Source of the DNA: Geosiphon pyriformis uo1
Taxonomy: Eukaryota; Fungi; Glomeromycota
Length of the DNA: 64,000 nucleotides
Assembly (NCBI GenBank): GCA_016748015.1
Contig: JAAOMT010000295.1
Span: 186,001-250,000, forward strand
Reading direction: 5' to 3'
Shown: piece by piece, positions 36,199-48,931 of the stretch
How positions within the stretch are numbered: position 1 is the first letter of the stretch
Layout of the letters: the number at the start of each line of letters is the position of its first letter
Notes under the pieces: generated by a model
What the model saw: the letters and a program-made list of their open reading frames with translations, nothing else
Databases searched by the model: none
Told to the model about the DNA's origin: nothing
Made by a program: the position numbers and the translations under genes

Positions 36199-37178
36199 TA
36201 TTACAGATGATTATTTGGGGTTTCAAATCAAATAACAAATTCATAACTTGGTGTTCAATATCTTAACAATGCTGGTGATACTAATACATTGGTTGTATCT
36301 GAAGGTTTTAGAGTTGAGTTTTTTGTATAATAGACAGAGATTCACTATGGTTGGTTTTGGTTGATTTCTCAAGTTGCTTTCTCAATTTCTGTCTTCAGCA
36401 TGGTGGCTGGTTTAATCTAGTAGTTGTGCCCTTCTGGTAAGCTATCCGTTAATATATATAATTTTACCCTTTTTTCTGGGTCTTTTACCAGGCTATTTTT
36501 GATGTCAATTACTTAGTGTTTAATCTCTTTAATCAGTAGTAAGTCAACAAACAAAAGAAAATAAAATAAAATAAAATAAAAAGAAAATAAGAAATTAGAA
36601 ATAAACCAAGGCAATTCAAGTTAGTATTCCATCAATAGCCATGATTAAGAGCTATTGTTCTAGTATGGTTAAGTATTGAATTTTATTAACATGAAGTGTT
36701 GATAAATAGAAGAGTAATTATATTTTCAAACAAATGACAATAACATAGATTTGAAAAATTGAAGAGATTTTTTATTTATATAATTCTATTTTATTTGATA
36801 ACAACTATCCTTGAAATGAGGGTTAATAAATAGAGAAGAAAGAGAATTGTTCTAAATTAATAAAACTCTATTGAATTCTCCTAGAATTATTTTTTCTGCT
36901 TTTAACACTTTCACTATATATATATAATTTATGTTATATGAGATTTTGTATATTTGTGAACAATATGCCATAATTTCTCAAGCAATACTTACATTGCTGA
37001 ACAATATGTCTGTAATTTCTGACAATGTGCTCATTGCTGAACAATGTGCCATAATTCTCTAACAATGCTTCACATTGCTGAGCAATGTGCTCACATGCTA
37101 AATATTATTTTCTTATTGGTCTATTTTCCCTATTTGTTTTTCCTACTATTTTTTTGTATTCTTTTTCTATGAGTAACA
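36199..37178 (-). repeat. 5' LTR of element E
   Basis: Matches 32741-33687 over most of its length; PBS adjacent. Confidence 0.9.
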
Positions 37179-38200
37179 CTGGTGAATTTTTTTAGTTTGG
37201 CTATTGGTGCATATGCCATTGGATTTAAGTTGGGTTGTTGAAGTTGTTGTTGTTGCAGCAGTAGAAGTGGCTGCTATGGTAGTTGAAGTGGTTGAAGTGG
37301 CTGTTGTTGCCATTCGTCAATTGGTAAAGCTGGGGGTGGATTGATCATGATTACTAGAGGTAAGTGTTATTGATTATTAATGTTAGGGTTTCAATTGTTC
37401 TGATTGTGCTGCATTTGAAAATTCAGAGTTTCAATTTCTGGGTTTTCTGGGATTGGGTTCTGGTAAGTAAATTCTTGATCTTCAGATTCTTCTTCTTCTT
37501 TCTGTTCTTTTTCTGATTCTGTTAATTCTCAGGAACTTGCAGTTCTGAAATCTGGCTGTGGTGACAGTGATTGGAATCCTGATGGCATTGGCGATTGTAA
37601 TTTAAATCCTTCAAAGTAATCACCATATGGTCCTAATAACTCTGTTTTTTATTGTTTACTTTGAAATAAGAAGCATCCAAAGGTTGATGTCATATTTGAT
37701 GTAGATGCGTCTGTTGATGAAATGTTGATGGTACTTCCAGATGTATAATAGTATGATGAATTAGTGGGTGATTCAACTTGGGTTTTCTTCTAATTGAGTG
37801 GTTGTATTTGTTTTGGTGTTACTGCTGGGGTTTGCAATCTTCCTTTGTCTTTATCTGCGTAGGTGATGGAAAATTGTTGTTGTGTATATCTTTCAATAGT
37901 TTGATTGATTTCCTTAATAATTGGTGTAAAACTGTAGTTTCTTGGTAAGCTGGTATGTTGAAATAATTCTGTATAGAAGTTTTTTCTTGCTGATTCAATG
38001 TTAACTGTTCCTCCTAAGCACTCTGTGATTTTATCATTGATGTAGGAGTTAAAGGCTGATTCTGCTGGGAAATGATTATTGTCCAATCCTAATTGTTGAT
38101 TGTACTATTGAAATAAGAATTTGGTAAATTCTAAATAGTTTGTCCCTATAATTTCTAATTCTGCCACTTTTGGATGATTATTGATGGTGCTGGTTTTCTG
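37179..38200 (-). pseudogene. gag N-terminal part of element D
   Basis: ORF 37790-38086, Q-rich tract, PMAYAPIAKL...FT joins the capsid left of 32741. Confidence 0.85.
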
Positions 38201-38210
38201 TAGGATTATA

Positions 38211-38227
38211 CCTCACAGGGAGCACCA
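38211..38227 (-). promoter_or_regulatory. Primer-binding site TGGTGCTCCCTGTGAGG (best-preserved copy)
   Basis: Lies 2 nt from the LTR end; same motif at 10025, 36180 and 42163. Confidence 0.88.
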
Positions 38228-38229
38228 AA

Positions 38230-39108
38230 TGTTATAGATGATTATTTGAGGTCTCAAATCAAATAACAAACCCATAACTTGGTGCTCAATATCTTGACAA
38301 GGCTGGTGATACTGGTACATTAATTGTATCTAAAGATTTTAGAGTTGAGTTCTTTGAGATTCTTTGTTGATATTATTCGCAGTTTTCTGGTAAGTTTTTT
38401 CCCAATTTCTTTTTCAGCTTGGTGGCTGGATTTATTCTGGCATTTGTGCTTTTTTGGTAAGCTATCTGATAATATATATATAATTCTACCCTTATTTCTG
38501 GGTCTTTTACCAGGCTATCCGTGACGTCAATAACTCAGTGCTTTAATCCTTAATCTATTAGTATTCAACAAGAAAAATAAAAGAAAGAAAAAAAAAATAA
38601 AAGAAAATAAAGAAATGAGCCAAGACAATATACAAGTTAGTATCTTGTTAATAGCCATAATCAAGAGCTATTGTTCTAGTGTAGTTAAGTATCAATTACT
38701 ATCAACATGAAGTATTGATAATGGAGAGTAGATTTGGATAGTAGATGATTTATTTATTTAATATTTGAGGATAAAAGATTTCTAACTAAAAGATTCTGCT
38801 TTTTCTACTTCTAATGCTACTACTATATATACATAATTGATGTTCTATGAGATCGTTTACATTTCTGAGCAATGTGCTATAATTTCTTGAGCAATGCTCA
38901 TATTGCTAAGTAATGTGCTCTAATTTTTTAACATCACTCCACATTGCTGAGCAATGTGCCATGTTTTCTAATATTGCTCCATATTGTTGAGCAATGTGCC
39001 ATAATTTCTGATATTGCTCCACATTGCTGAGCAATGTGCTCACATGTTAAATACTATTCTCTTATTGGTCTGCTATTTTCTATATCTGTTTTTTTTTTAT
39101 GAGTAACA
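38230..39108 (-). repeat. 5' LTR of element D
   Basis: TGTTAT...GTAACA; matches 24567-25456. Confidence 0.92.
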
Positions 39109-42100
39109 ATGATCTATTAGTAATGTTGGTTGGAACTGTTTCTTCTTTTTTTGTCTTTTCTTTTTCTTTGTTATTCTTTTTCCATTCCTAAGTTTGTGGT
39201 AACTTTTGATAGTCATTGTCAGCCCACAAGGTTTGGTTAGTACTCTAGATAAGTTCTTCTTTTTGTTTTCCTTTTCCGTTATTGTTCCAGGATAGTATTG
39301 GTGGCAGCTTGTTGTGGTCATTGTCAGCCTATAATACTTGATATGTTTCTTATGTTGGTTTTGGCTTTTTTTCCTCAACATCAATCAGTAGTGTTGATGT
39401 GACATTGCTGGGTTTGAAGTGACCACATGTTGCTAGTACTCATGTGTATTGGCCATTTTGATTTATTTGCAGCTCTTGAGTGGTTCAGTCAAGTATTGTG
39501 TTGGTTTTGGACAGCCAATTGTTCCCAACTAGAGCTTAATACTGGGTAGCTTCCATAACTAGTACTTTGATTGGTACTATGATGCCATTGACCTCTATTG
39601 AGAGGTCATCAATCTTGTTGATTGGAGTTTTGGTTGCTCCATCAGTAGTAATTATGCATGCACTAGCAGCATAATCAACTCAGTGACTTAATTAGTCCAT
39701 AAGTTGTTGTGTAATAATGCTCTTAGCTGATCCATTGTCTAAGATCAGTTTGATGGCATGACCATCTACTTTTGCATTAGTGTACATAAAAATGATCAGT
39801 TTGGTGTTAAGAGTGGCTCTATTGAATAATAGAACTGGTGTGGTTTCCTCAAGTTCAAAAGGAAAAATAGCTGCTAGGGATTTGTCATTGGAGATAATTG
39901 CTGGTAGAATATTGCTGGTAAGTGGCTGCTTTTGTTTGGGTTCCTGGTTGTTAGATGAGACATCTTCTGGGGTAACCAGAAGACTTAAATATTGTTGGGC
40001 ATTTGGGTTTTGGGTGTATCCAGTGCTCAAATTCTATTGTTGAGATTCTGATAATTGGGTCAAGAAACTGGGAATTGGTTGATAGACTACCATTGACAAT
40101 CTTCAGCTCTGTTGTATTAATCTCGACCTTTGGGTTCTGTTTTGAGGTAAGTTTTGTGGCAGTGTTTGAATTTGTTGGGATTAATAGATTACTTGAGACT
40201 GTGGCTAATAGATAGGCTGAGACTGTGGTTGATAGATAGGCTAGGACTACAGTTGATAAATTATGGGTGTTGTTGGTTAATAAATTAATGATTAATAGAT
40301 TGGCTGTTGTGTCATAGGTAAGTAATTCAGTTGATATTGTTCCAGTGATTGATTACTAATGTAATTCTGTGATTGTAGTCGACAATCAGAGTTCTAATAC
40401 TGATTAGCTAATCTTAAGTCACTTATTTTTTTTTGGCATTCAAATTGCAAATGTCTTTGTTTACCACAATAATGGCATATATGTATTTTTTGTTGCCATA
40501 GTTGATTGGTTAATGATGCTGGACACAACTGATTTTAGGTGCGATTTGAGTTTCCTTGATTGTTGCATTATTGAGGAGGTTGATAAATTGTATAATTGTC
40601 AACTAAGTATCCTTCCAATTTCTGATTGATTGAATCACTAAATTGTTTTAGTTTAGAATCCAATTCAGATGATCTATTCATTACTAGATTTATAGCTTGA
40701 GCATGATTTGCTTTGAATTCAGCTGATTCAAAGTTTCTGGTATTTGTAACTGCAGCTTAAAGGTCTGTTGAATGCATTGGGCATACACACTGGAGGATGC
40801 TACTGCACAGTCCTCTAATGAATTGATTCAGAATCTGTGGTATTGTAAAATAATCAGCTTGAATTGCTTGAATTTGGTGCAAATTCCTGTAGAAATGTCC
40901 CAAATAAGTGGTAACTGCTTCAGTTTCTCCCTGTTTAATTGTGGTGAATATGTTGACTAGACAATTAATACTGTTATTATTACTAAAATATCCCAAGAAT
41001 GCAGTTTTAAATTCCTGGAATGTTTGAGATTTAGTGGCTAAACTTTAATACCATAAGTTAGTGGTATTTTGTAAAAAATAGGGAATCACTTGAAGGGCTC
41101 TGTCATTGTTCCATCCATTGGCTGCAATGGCTTTTTCTATATCATTGAGCCATACTTGGGCATCGTTCTCTTTGCCAGTAAATTTTTTTATTTTGGCAAT
41201 TAGAGCATAGGCCATTGGTTGTTGTTGTGGTTGCTGCTGGATTTGTTGTTGGGGTAGTGGTTGTGACTGTTGTTGCTGTTTGGCAATTGGTGGAGCTGGT
41301 GGTAGATTGATCACGATTACTGGAGGTAAGTATTGTTGATTATTAATGTCAGGGTTTCAATCACTCTGGTTTTTCAGGGTTTGATTAACCAGAGTTTTAA
41401 TTTCTGAATTTTTTAAGATCAGGTTTTGCTTGCTAGTTTCCTGATTACTATCCTCTTCTTCCTCAAAGTCAGTTATTTCCCAAGGACTAACAGTTCTGAA
41501 ATCTGGTTGTAGTAGTGGTAATCAGATTCTTGATGGCATTGAGAATCATAATTTAAATCCCTCAAAATAATTGCTGTATGTTTCTAGTAATTCTGTTTTC
41601 TTTTGTTTGCTTTGGAATGAAATCTTGTTCAACAGTATGGTCATGTTTATGGTGGATGTGTCTGTTGATATTATATTGATAGTGCTTCCAGGTGTATGAT
41701 GATATGATGGATTAGCAGATGAATTAAATTTTTGTTTCTTTTAAGTGAGTAGTTGGATTTGTTTTGGTGTTCCTGCTGGTGTTTGTAACCTTTCTTTTCT
41801 TTTGTTAGCAAAAGTGATAGGAAATCTCTGTTTGGTGTATTTTTCAATTTCCCTGTTTATTTTTGTAATTAAGGGTGCAAATAGATAGTTTTGTAAAAGG
41901 ATGGTGCTTTAGAGCAATTCACTAAAGAAGTTGTTAAAGGCAGATTCTGGATTTCTTTGGCCTCCTAAATGGTATATGATTCTTTTGTTGATGTAGTAAT
42001 TGAAAGCTAATTCTGTTGGCCAACTATTATTTGTTAATCCGAGATAAGTGTAATAATGTTGAAATAAGAATTTTGCAAATCCCAAATGGTTTGTTCCTAT

Positions 42101-42150
42101 TTCTTCAGATTCTGCCACTGTTTGAATTGTTGTTGTTGATGCTGGTTTTC
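39109..42150 (-). pseudogene. gag-protease of element C
   Basis: ORFs 41909-42118, 41045-41314 (KFTGKENDAQVWL), 40757-40996, 39692-40030 (LILDNGSA). Confidence 0.9.
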
Positions 42151-42181
42151 TGTAGGATTATATCTTACAGAGAGCACCAAA

Positions 42182-43004
42182 TGTTACAGATGATTATTTG
42201 AGGTTTTAAATCAAATAACAAATCCATAACTTGGTACTTAATTAATTGTGTTGTTGGTAATATCTGAAGATATTGTTTATCTGAAGATTTTGTTGTGGAG
42301 TTCTTTGTATAATAGACAAAAATTCAATGGTTGTCTTTTTAGTAGTCTCCCAGAATTGCAATTCCATCAAATTTTTTTTTTAACATGATGGCTGGTAATC
42401 TTGGCAGAAATGTCTTTTTGGTAAGCTATCCTTAAACTCTCAATTCTTATACCCTCCTTTGGAGTCTTTTACCAAGCTATCCATGATATCAATAACTCAG
42501 TGCTTAATCTTCAAGTAATTAGTAAAACAAAAGAGATAACAAAAACAAAAGAAATTTAAAAGAAATAAGCCAAAACAATAAATATTAGTATCCCATCAAT
42601 AGCCATGATCAAGAGCTATTGTTCCAATAAAATTAAGTATCAATTACTATCAACATAAAGTGTTGATAATAGAGAATAGATTAAGATAGTGAATAATTAT
42701 TTATTTGTAATGTAGAAAATTGCTTAGATCAATTCTAAATAGAAAGGTCTTTAATTAAAGAATTCTGTCTTTTCTACTTCTAGTACTATCACTATATATA
42801 CATAATTGAGATTTCTCAATTCCTCAATTTTTCACACCAAGAATTCTGGAATCCTGTAATTCCTTGTACAAGAATTTTGAAATTTCTGGAATTCTGTAAT
42901 TCCTCTTAAAAGAAATTCTGGAATTCCATATTTATTATGGCTACTTCTGATTGGCTAATTTATATGCTAATATATTCTCTATGTTCTATGTTCTATGAGT
43001 AACA
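42182..43004 (-). repeat. 5' LTR of element C
   Basis: TGTTACA...GTAACA; PBS adjacent; matches 18481-19289. Confidence 0.92.
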
Positions 43005-46000
43005 ATGTCTTTTTTTGTGTAATAAATATGATTAGTATAAATAAATTGGTCCAAGTTATTAGTTGTTTGTTTAATAGCAAAGCTGCTAGTTTGTCTAATA
43101 TATTGAATAAATTATGGAAATATTGTAGTAAGATGATACTTGGGTGCTTATTAAGTCTACTGAACTTTTGTTTGTCTCTTAAGGAAGTTTTTGTTCTCTA
43201 AAAGAAAGCATAAATCTCAATAATCTTCAAACTATATAAGTAAGATGATATCTTAACAAATACATGACTCATTATTTTAATTGAAACAGCTAGAAAAATT
43301 TTGTCAATAATTTTGTCAGACCAAATTTTGTTTACTTGTATTAAGTGTAATATGCTTTATGATAACAACTTTTCTGTTTTAAAGAGTATTTTAATTTATT
43401 TTTTTATTTTTACTGTTGACTCTGTAATAGAGAATGCTTTGAAAAAAGACTATAAAATTTGGCTGGTTCTTCAAAATATGCATAAAACATATGATTCAAT
43501 TGGATGGCATTATCTCAAAACTAGTCTAAAGCATATTAAAATATGTAGCAAATTTATAAAATTTTTTGGAAATATACACATAAACAAAATTAACAGAATG
43601 ATAATTGACTTTGGCTTTTTAGATGGTTATATAATAATAGATGGGCTGAATTAGGATAAGATGTTTTTGCTTCTTTTGTAAAGAATTTTCTATAATCTTT
43701 TGTTGTATGAAGTTAAAAAACAAGAACATTTGTATAAGTACAGGATTAATACAAACTTTGTAATAAGAACAGATAGATTAGAGACTAATAGGAATAAATT
43801 TTCTTTTTTTGTGACAAGTGTATTTGTCAATAATACAATTTGGATTAAGAATAGTTAGGCTTCAATACAACATATCTTAAACATAGTTAGTGAGTTTTTT
43901 GAGTTGAATAATATTTTCATTAATAATAACAAAACTGTGGTAATTTCAATTAATCAAAAGATCAAAGTTGTATTCTTGCAGATTTGTGATCAACTAATCT
44001 CTATAGCCAGATATAATAAACATTATAAGTATTTAGAAATCTACTTATCAATGAATAGTTTGTCTAAACTCAGTCTTGTCAAAGCTCAATTGAATGTTAG
44101 ATTTTTTCTAATTTGGTTCTTAAAAAGACTTTGTAAGATAAACAATTTTTATATCTGGTTTCAGCAGTCTTACAACTCATAGTTAATTATTGTATTTAAT
44201 TTAGCTTTATTTCTAAGACTGTGTACCAGAAGTAAGATGTTTTGCTGAGGAGAGAACTAAGATTTAAGGCCAATCTGTCTGGTGATTTCCCAACCAAGGC
44301 TTTATATTATCCTTTTTTTTATGGTTTAAAATTATTTAAACAGTTATAGACAGAAAGCAAGATCACTTTTTTGGTTGTATTTTCTAATGTATTTGAAATA
44401 CTTAAATGTTTGTTTAAGTAATACTTTTTGGACTTGCAAATTTTAGGTTGGGCTCTTTTGAATTCTCTGTAATATTTTGTTAGATTAAAAGTTAATTCTG
44501 TAAATAACTTTTTAGCAGATGTCATGAAAATTTTTTTGGATAACAAGATCTTTTTGTCTAATAACTTATTTAATGCATTTCATAATGCTAACCAGTTTCT
44601 AATGTTCTTGATCTTGAAAAATTCCTTTTATTTTGAGGTGTTTTGTTTGCTAAAGCATTTTGGTGTTGTCTTTGATAATAGATTGTTGGATAAACAAGAG
44701 TCAATAATGAGTTGAAGCACTTTTCATTATTGGAAAAAATTAAATTCTAAGGGTTCAATACCATTATGATTTGAAAAAATATTATTTTATATAAATGGAA
44801 ATCCAGTTGAATCTAGTGAAAGTGGTTGTGTATCTGATTGCTCAAACTTTTTCTGCTTAAGTGACTTCTCAGTTGTTCAAAATAGTTTATATGAATTGTA
44901 AACTAATGAATTAAAATATACATAGATGGTTTTCTAAAACAGTTTGGCACAGCAAGAGTTACTAATAGGACAGTGGCTTATTTTTCTGATATTGAAATGA
45001 GTGTGAGTGTTAAGGTGTATAAACTTTTTTCATCTATATTAACTGAGTTGCAGACAGTTGTTTTGGCTTTAGAATGTGTTTTATCATTATGTTTGGTAGT
45101 AGTGTATATGGACAGTCAAGTCACTTTAAATGCTTATAATTTAGAGCTCACACTTTACCAGCCAGACTTTTAAAACAGATATTAAATAGAAAAGCATTAT
45201 ATAATCAATTTAATAAGATTTAAAGATATTTTTGTTAAGTAGATAAAAGTTAAAAGTTATTTTGAAAACATTGATAATAAAAGAGCTAATATCTTTACAT
45301 ATAAGATAGTCCAATCTGGTTTTGTTTTTCTTATAAGTGTCTGTGAGAGATTTATTATGGCTAATGATAGAATCATATCAAGAAATTCTTATTACTTTGT
45401 TTGAGACATTTTTTGATTTGTTTGTTATGTTTATTAGAAAGCTGGTTTTAATACATATATAGTTCAGAAATTATTAATTAGGGACATAGACTAAGATAGT
45501 ATTGCTGCAGTATAGTATTTGAATTCTTATATGCTGTTGGGTTTTATTAGCAAGATCTCTGCTGTTATTCATACATATTTGATAAAAGCTGTTTATAGAA
45601 AACTGCTAATTGTGATTAGAAAAAAACTTTATAACAGAGCTTACTCAGATGTTTTATGCTTAATATGTAATAATATTAAATTGCTGGATTATGTTTTCAC
45701 TTGTTTGAAAAATACTAATGTACATTCTTATATCTTGAAAAGTTATATAAATTTATGAAAATCATTGGTGGCTGGTTATTTTTTATCTTTTTCTGTAGTA
45801 TTGCATATACTTTTTTTTAGAATTTTAAATATGAGTCTTTATACAGTTTTGTGTAAAAGTTTTGTGTTTAGAGACTGAGTTAATGACATGGCTTCTGTTT
45901 TTAATAATAAAAAGAAAATAGTTAGATTGGTGATAAGTTTTGTGTATAGTTTAGCTAAGAAATATTGAAATAAGTTGTGGTTGCTAAAAGTAAAATTTAG

Positions 46001-46332
46001 AATGAATATGAAAAAAATAGTCTGGTTGGTGATAATAGTATAGTTTCTGTTGCTTTTGGTAATATGCTGTGTCGTTTTTTTGTTGGTGTTGTTTGTTTAC
46101 TTGGCATTTATGAATTTTTTGCTGTTAGTTTTAGTTTACATAAAACATGTTCTTTTTTTTTAGGTATAGATAATAGTATAAGTATTTATATAAATATATA
46201 GTATTATCTTAATTGGTTTGAGTGACCAGTTACATGTAATAAATACATAAGCTACATTTAGTTAGATTTTTTTGTATATTTCTATATACTATATGATAAT
46301 TGGACTGCACTCATAAATAAAATTAAAAAAAA
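43005..46332 (+). mobile_element. LINE copy, right part (RT, RNase H, C-terminal Cys motif, 3' UTR, A tail)
   Basis: KAASLSNI, LQNMHKTYDSIGW, YKYLEIYL; RNase H-like TELQTVVLAL and VYMDSQ; CLIC..VFTC; A-rich end near 46315-46332. Confidence 0.88.
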
Positions 46333-46619
46333 GTAATATTAAAAAAACTAAATTGTTTTTTAATAAGTTTATTTTTAATAGTAAAATTTAAATAATATTA
46401 TAAAAAAATTTAGTAAATTAAATATATTTTTAGTTTTTTTAATTCAACTTAATTTGTATTTTATTTGATTTAAATATTTAATTACATATAAAAAACATAT
46501 TAATTATTATATTATATTAAATAATAATTAGATTATATTTATTTTATTTTATAAGTATAGTTTAACTATTACTTAAAAACATATAATTATACAAAATTTT
46601 ATATTAAATATAGTTTATG

Positions 46620-47560
46620 TTTTTTTTACATGTGACTAATCACTTAAACCAATTAAAACAGCATTATATATTTAATCTATCTATTACAAAAAAGTTATGT
46701 AAAAAACCAAAATACATACTAACTAAACAAAAATACAATCCAAAACAAATATACATATTTAATTTAATATTAAAATTATAAATTATTTAAAGAAACCACA
46801 AGGATAATAAACCAAGAACAATCAAAACTACAGATTTATTAGATAATAAAAAACTATGTTTCTTATAATGTATTTTTAGTTTAGTGACTAATAACTACAT
46901 AACAAATTTGTAACTTTCAGCAAAACTTTAGACCAAATTAATAACTAACAAACCATTATTAGATTTAATGCTTAATAAATACATTATATTAACTACTTAT
47001 TTTTTTATTATAAAGCTTTTAGCTAATAATATATATAAATAATCAAAAAATTTAGTCTTATATAAAGATTAAATTCTTTTATAATTAATAATACAGATAC
47101 TTAACAAACCAGTTTATTTTCAAATAATATTTGAAATCAGTTTTTTTTTAATACAATTATTGTAGATATATAAAAACATATAGTCAAAGTTTTTATTAAC
47201 TCATGTTAAATACACAACATATTAGAATAACTTGAATTGTATAATCTTTTTCTCTTGGCTATAGACAAATAATAATGCAGAATTTCTATAAAATAAGACT
47301 AAAATATTACAGATACAAAGTTAATAAAGTCAGAATAAATTTAATCATCAAGATACCATATATTAAAAGTTTTATTCATAATACTATTAGCATATTTGGA
47401 TTTCTAACAAACAAAATTAATAGTTTTAAACAGATATTTAACAAAATATTAGATATTCTTAGAAATAAATCTGTCTTTAATAACAAAAAACAGTATAGTA
47501 TTTTAACAGGCAATATAAAATTAGACATAATAACAGCATTAACAAAAAATTTATATGCTG
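46620..47560 (-). mobile_element. 5'-truncated LINE 3' fragment, tail-to-tail with the previous LINE
   Basis: Reverse complement of 46628-46670 matches 46196-46240; T-run at 46620-46627; minus frame LSIAKRKKIIQ region matches the LINE C-terminus near 45605. Confidence 0.7.
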
Positions 47561-47629
47561 TTACTTATAAAAAAAAGATACAAAAAAAAATAAGAAAACA
47601 AATTATAAAAATAAATCAATAAAAAATAA

Positions 47630-48260
47630 TATTTAACATATAAACACATTTTCAAAAAATTACAGCATATTTTCAGAAATGTGTATATTTGTAAAAAATA
47701 AGCATATTTTTAAAAAATCATAGCATATTGCTTAAAAATAAATACAGTTCTAGAAAGTAATATAAAAAAAAGTAAGAATATATAAGATCTTGTATAACAA
47801 GAATTAAGTATATATAACAGTAATATCAGAAGTAAAAAAAAAACTTAGACAAATTTTTAATTAATTAACAAAAAAATATTCATAACATACCCCTTTTTTC
47901 AAAAAATAGTTTTCTATATTTGAAATAAAATTATCTAAATATTAAATAAAATTATTATTTTATCATCCAATTTATGTTATTTTTTTTATTAAATTAATAT
48001 TATTATTTTCTAATTTTATCAACAATTTATGTTAATAATATTTGCTACTTAACTATATTAAATTAATAGTTTTTGATCATGGTTATTAATAGAATACTAA
48101 CTTTCTATTTTTTTTATTTTATTTTATTTTATTTTATTTTTTTATTGTTTTTTAATTAGTTAAGAAATTAAGCACTAAAATATTAATGTCAAAAATAGCT
48201 TGGTAAAAAACCCATAAAACAAGAATGAAAACTTAAGAATAGCTTACTAGAAAAACATAA
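47630..48260 (+). repeat. Decayed, truncated LTR related to the B-E LTR family, plus orientation
   Basis: Contains the family blocks TTTATCAACA..TGTTAATA, GATCATGGTTATT and ATAGCTTGGTAA..ATAGCTTACTAG; upstream about 20-bp AGCATATTT repeats and TATAAAA. Confidence 0.6.
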
Positions 48261-48261
48261 T

Positions 48262-48931
48262 GGCTTAAATTCCAATTGAATTGAACCAAACTAAACTTTG
48301 AGTGTTTTTTAAGTTTGATTTAAATTACAAACTGAACTTGAACCAAACCAATTTTTCAAAGTAGGTTTAGTTTAAGTTTAGTATTAAATTTTTTTGATAA
48401 GTTTAAGTTTGGTTTAAGTCTAGTTCAGAGTTTACAAACTGTTTAAGTTTGATAAAATAAAAAAAAATATAACTTATACTATTTGTTTATTAATTATTAT
48501 TTTGTTTAATTACTATAATTAATTAAAGAAATATATAAAACTATATATGTATAACAACTTTACTCTTCAACTTATCAAAATAAATTTATTGTTAGCATTA
48601 TCCAATGTTATTGAAGATTTAAAATTTGAAATAATAGAATTTGATAATTTAAATAGTCCAAATATTAATATATTTGGCAAATATAGTTTTCAAAATAAAG
48701 TATATAACTATTTTAATAAGTTTGAGTAAACAAAAGAAAAAAAACAGCTAAATATATGATTTTAAAATATGTACATAAACTATTTTCTTATAAAACCATG
48801 AATATTACCAAACTCTTATAACATTATTTAAAGACTTTTTACCAAACAATATATGTTACAATAAAAAATATCATAAGAAAAGACAAAATATCCAAAAAAA
48901 TTGTAACTCAATTGAAAAAATGTTTTAATAA
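48262..48931 (+). mobile_element. hAT-like DNA transposon relic (subterminal repeats and BED finger), interrupted by F
   Basis: Opposed AACTGAAC/GTTCAG-type clusters at 48280-48430. Frame 48694-48930 reads KVYNYF..TAK(Y)MILK(Y)..ITKLL*HYLKTFY, a BED finger if TAT derives from TGT/CAT. Confidence 0.5.

Larger units (their letters stand above)
32741..37178 (-). mobile_element. Non-autonomous LTR element E (LARD/TRIM-like) nested in gag of D
   Basis: LTRs 32741-33687 and 36199-37178; PBS 36180-36196; PPT 33691-33700; flanks CTAA/CTGG. Interior lacks gag, RT and integrase. Confidence 0.88.
24567..39108 (-). mobile_element. Full-length Ty3/Gypsy element D nested in pol of C
   Basis: LTRs 24567-25456 and 38230-39108; PBS 38211-38227; PPT 25460-25471. 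Flanks ATAG/ATGA (inferred ATGG) rejoin C in frame. Confidence 0.92.
18481..43004 (-). mobile_element. Full-length Ty3/Gypsy element C (about 10 kb own sequence) containing nested D, E and a solo LTR
   Basis: Matching LTRs 18481-19289 and 42182-43004; PBS 42163-42179; PPT near 19293-19305; TSD ACGT/ATGT restores the LINE frame. Confidence 0.93.

Noticed and set aside
47275-47622. 115-aa plus-strand ORF as a host gene
   Set aside because: Low-complexity K/I/N composition, antisense to a decayed LINE fragment.
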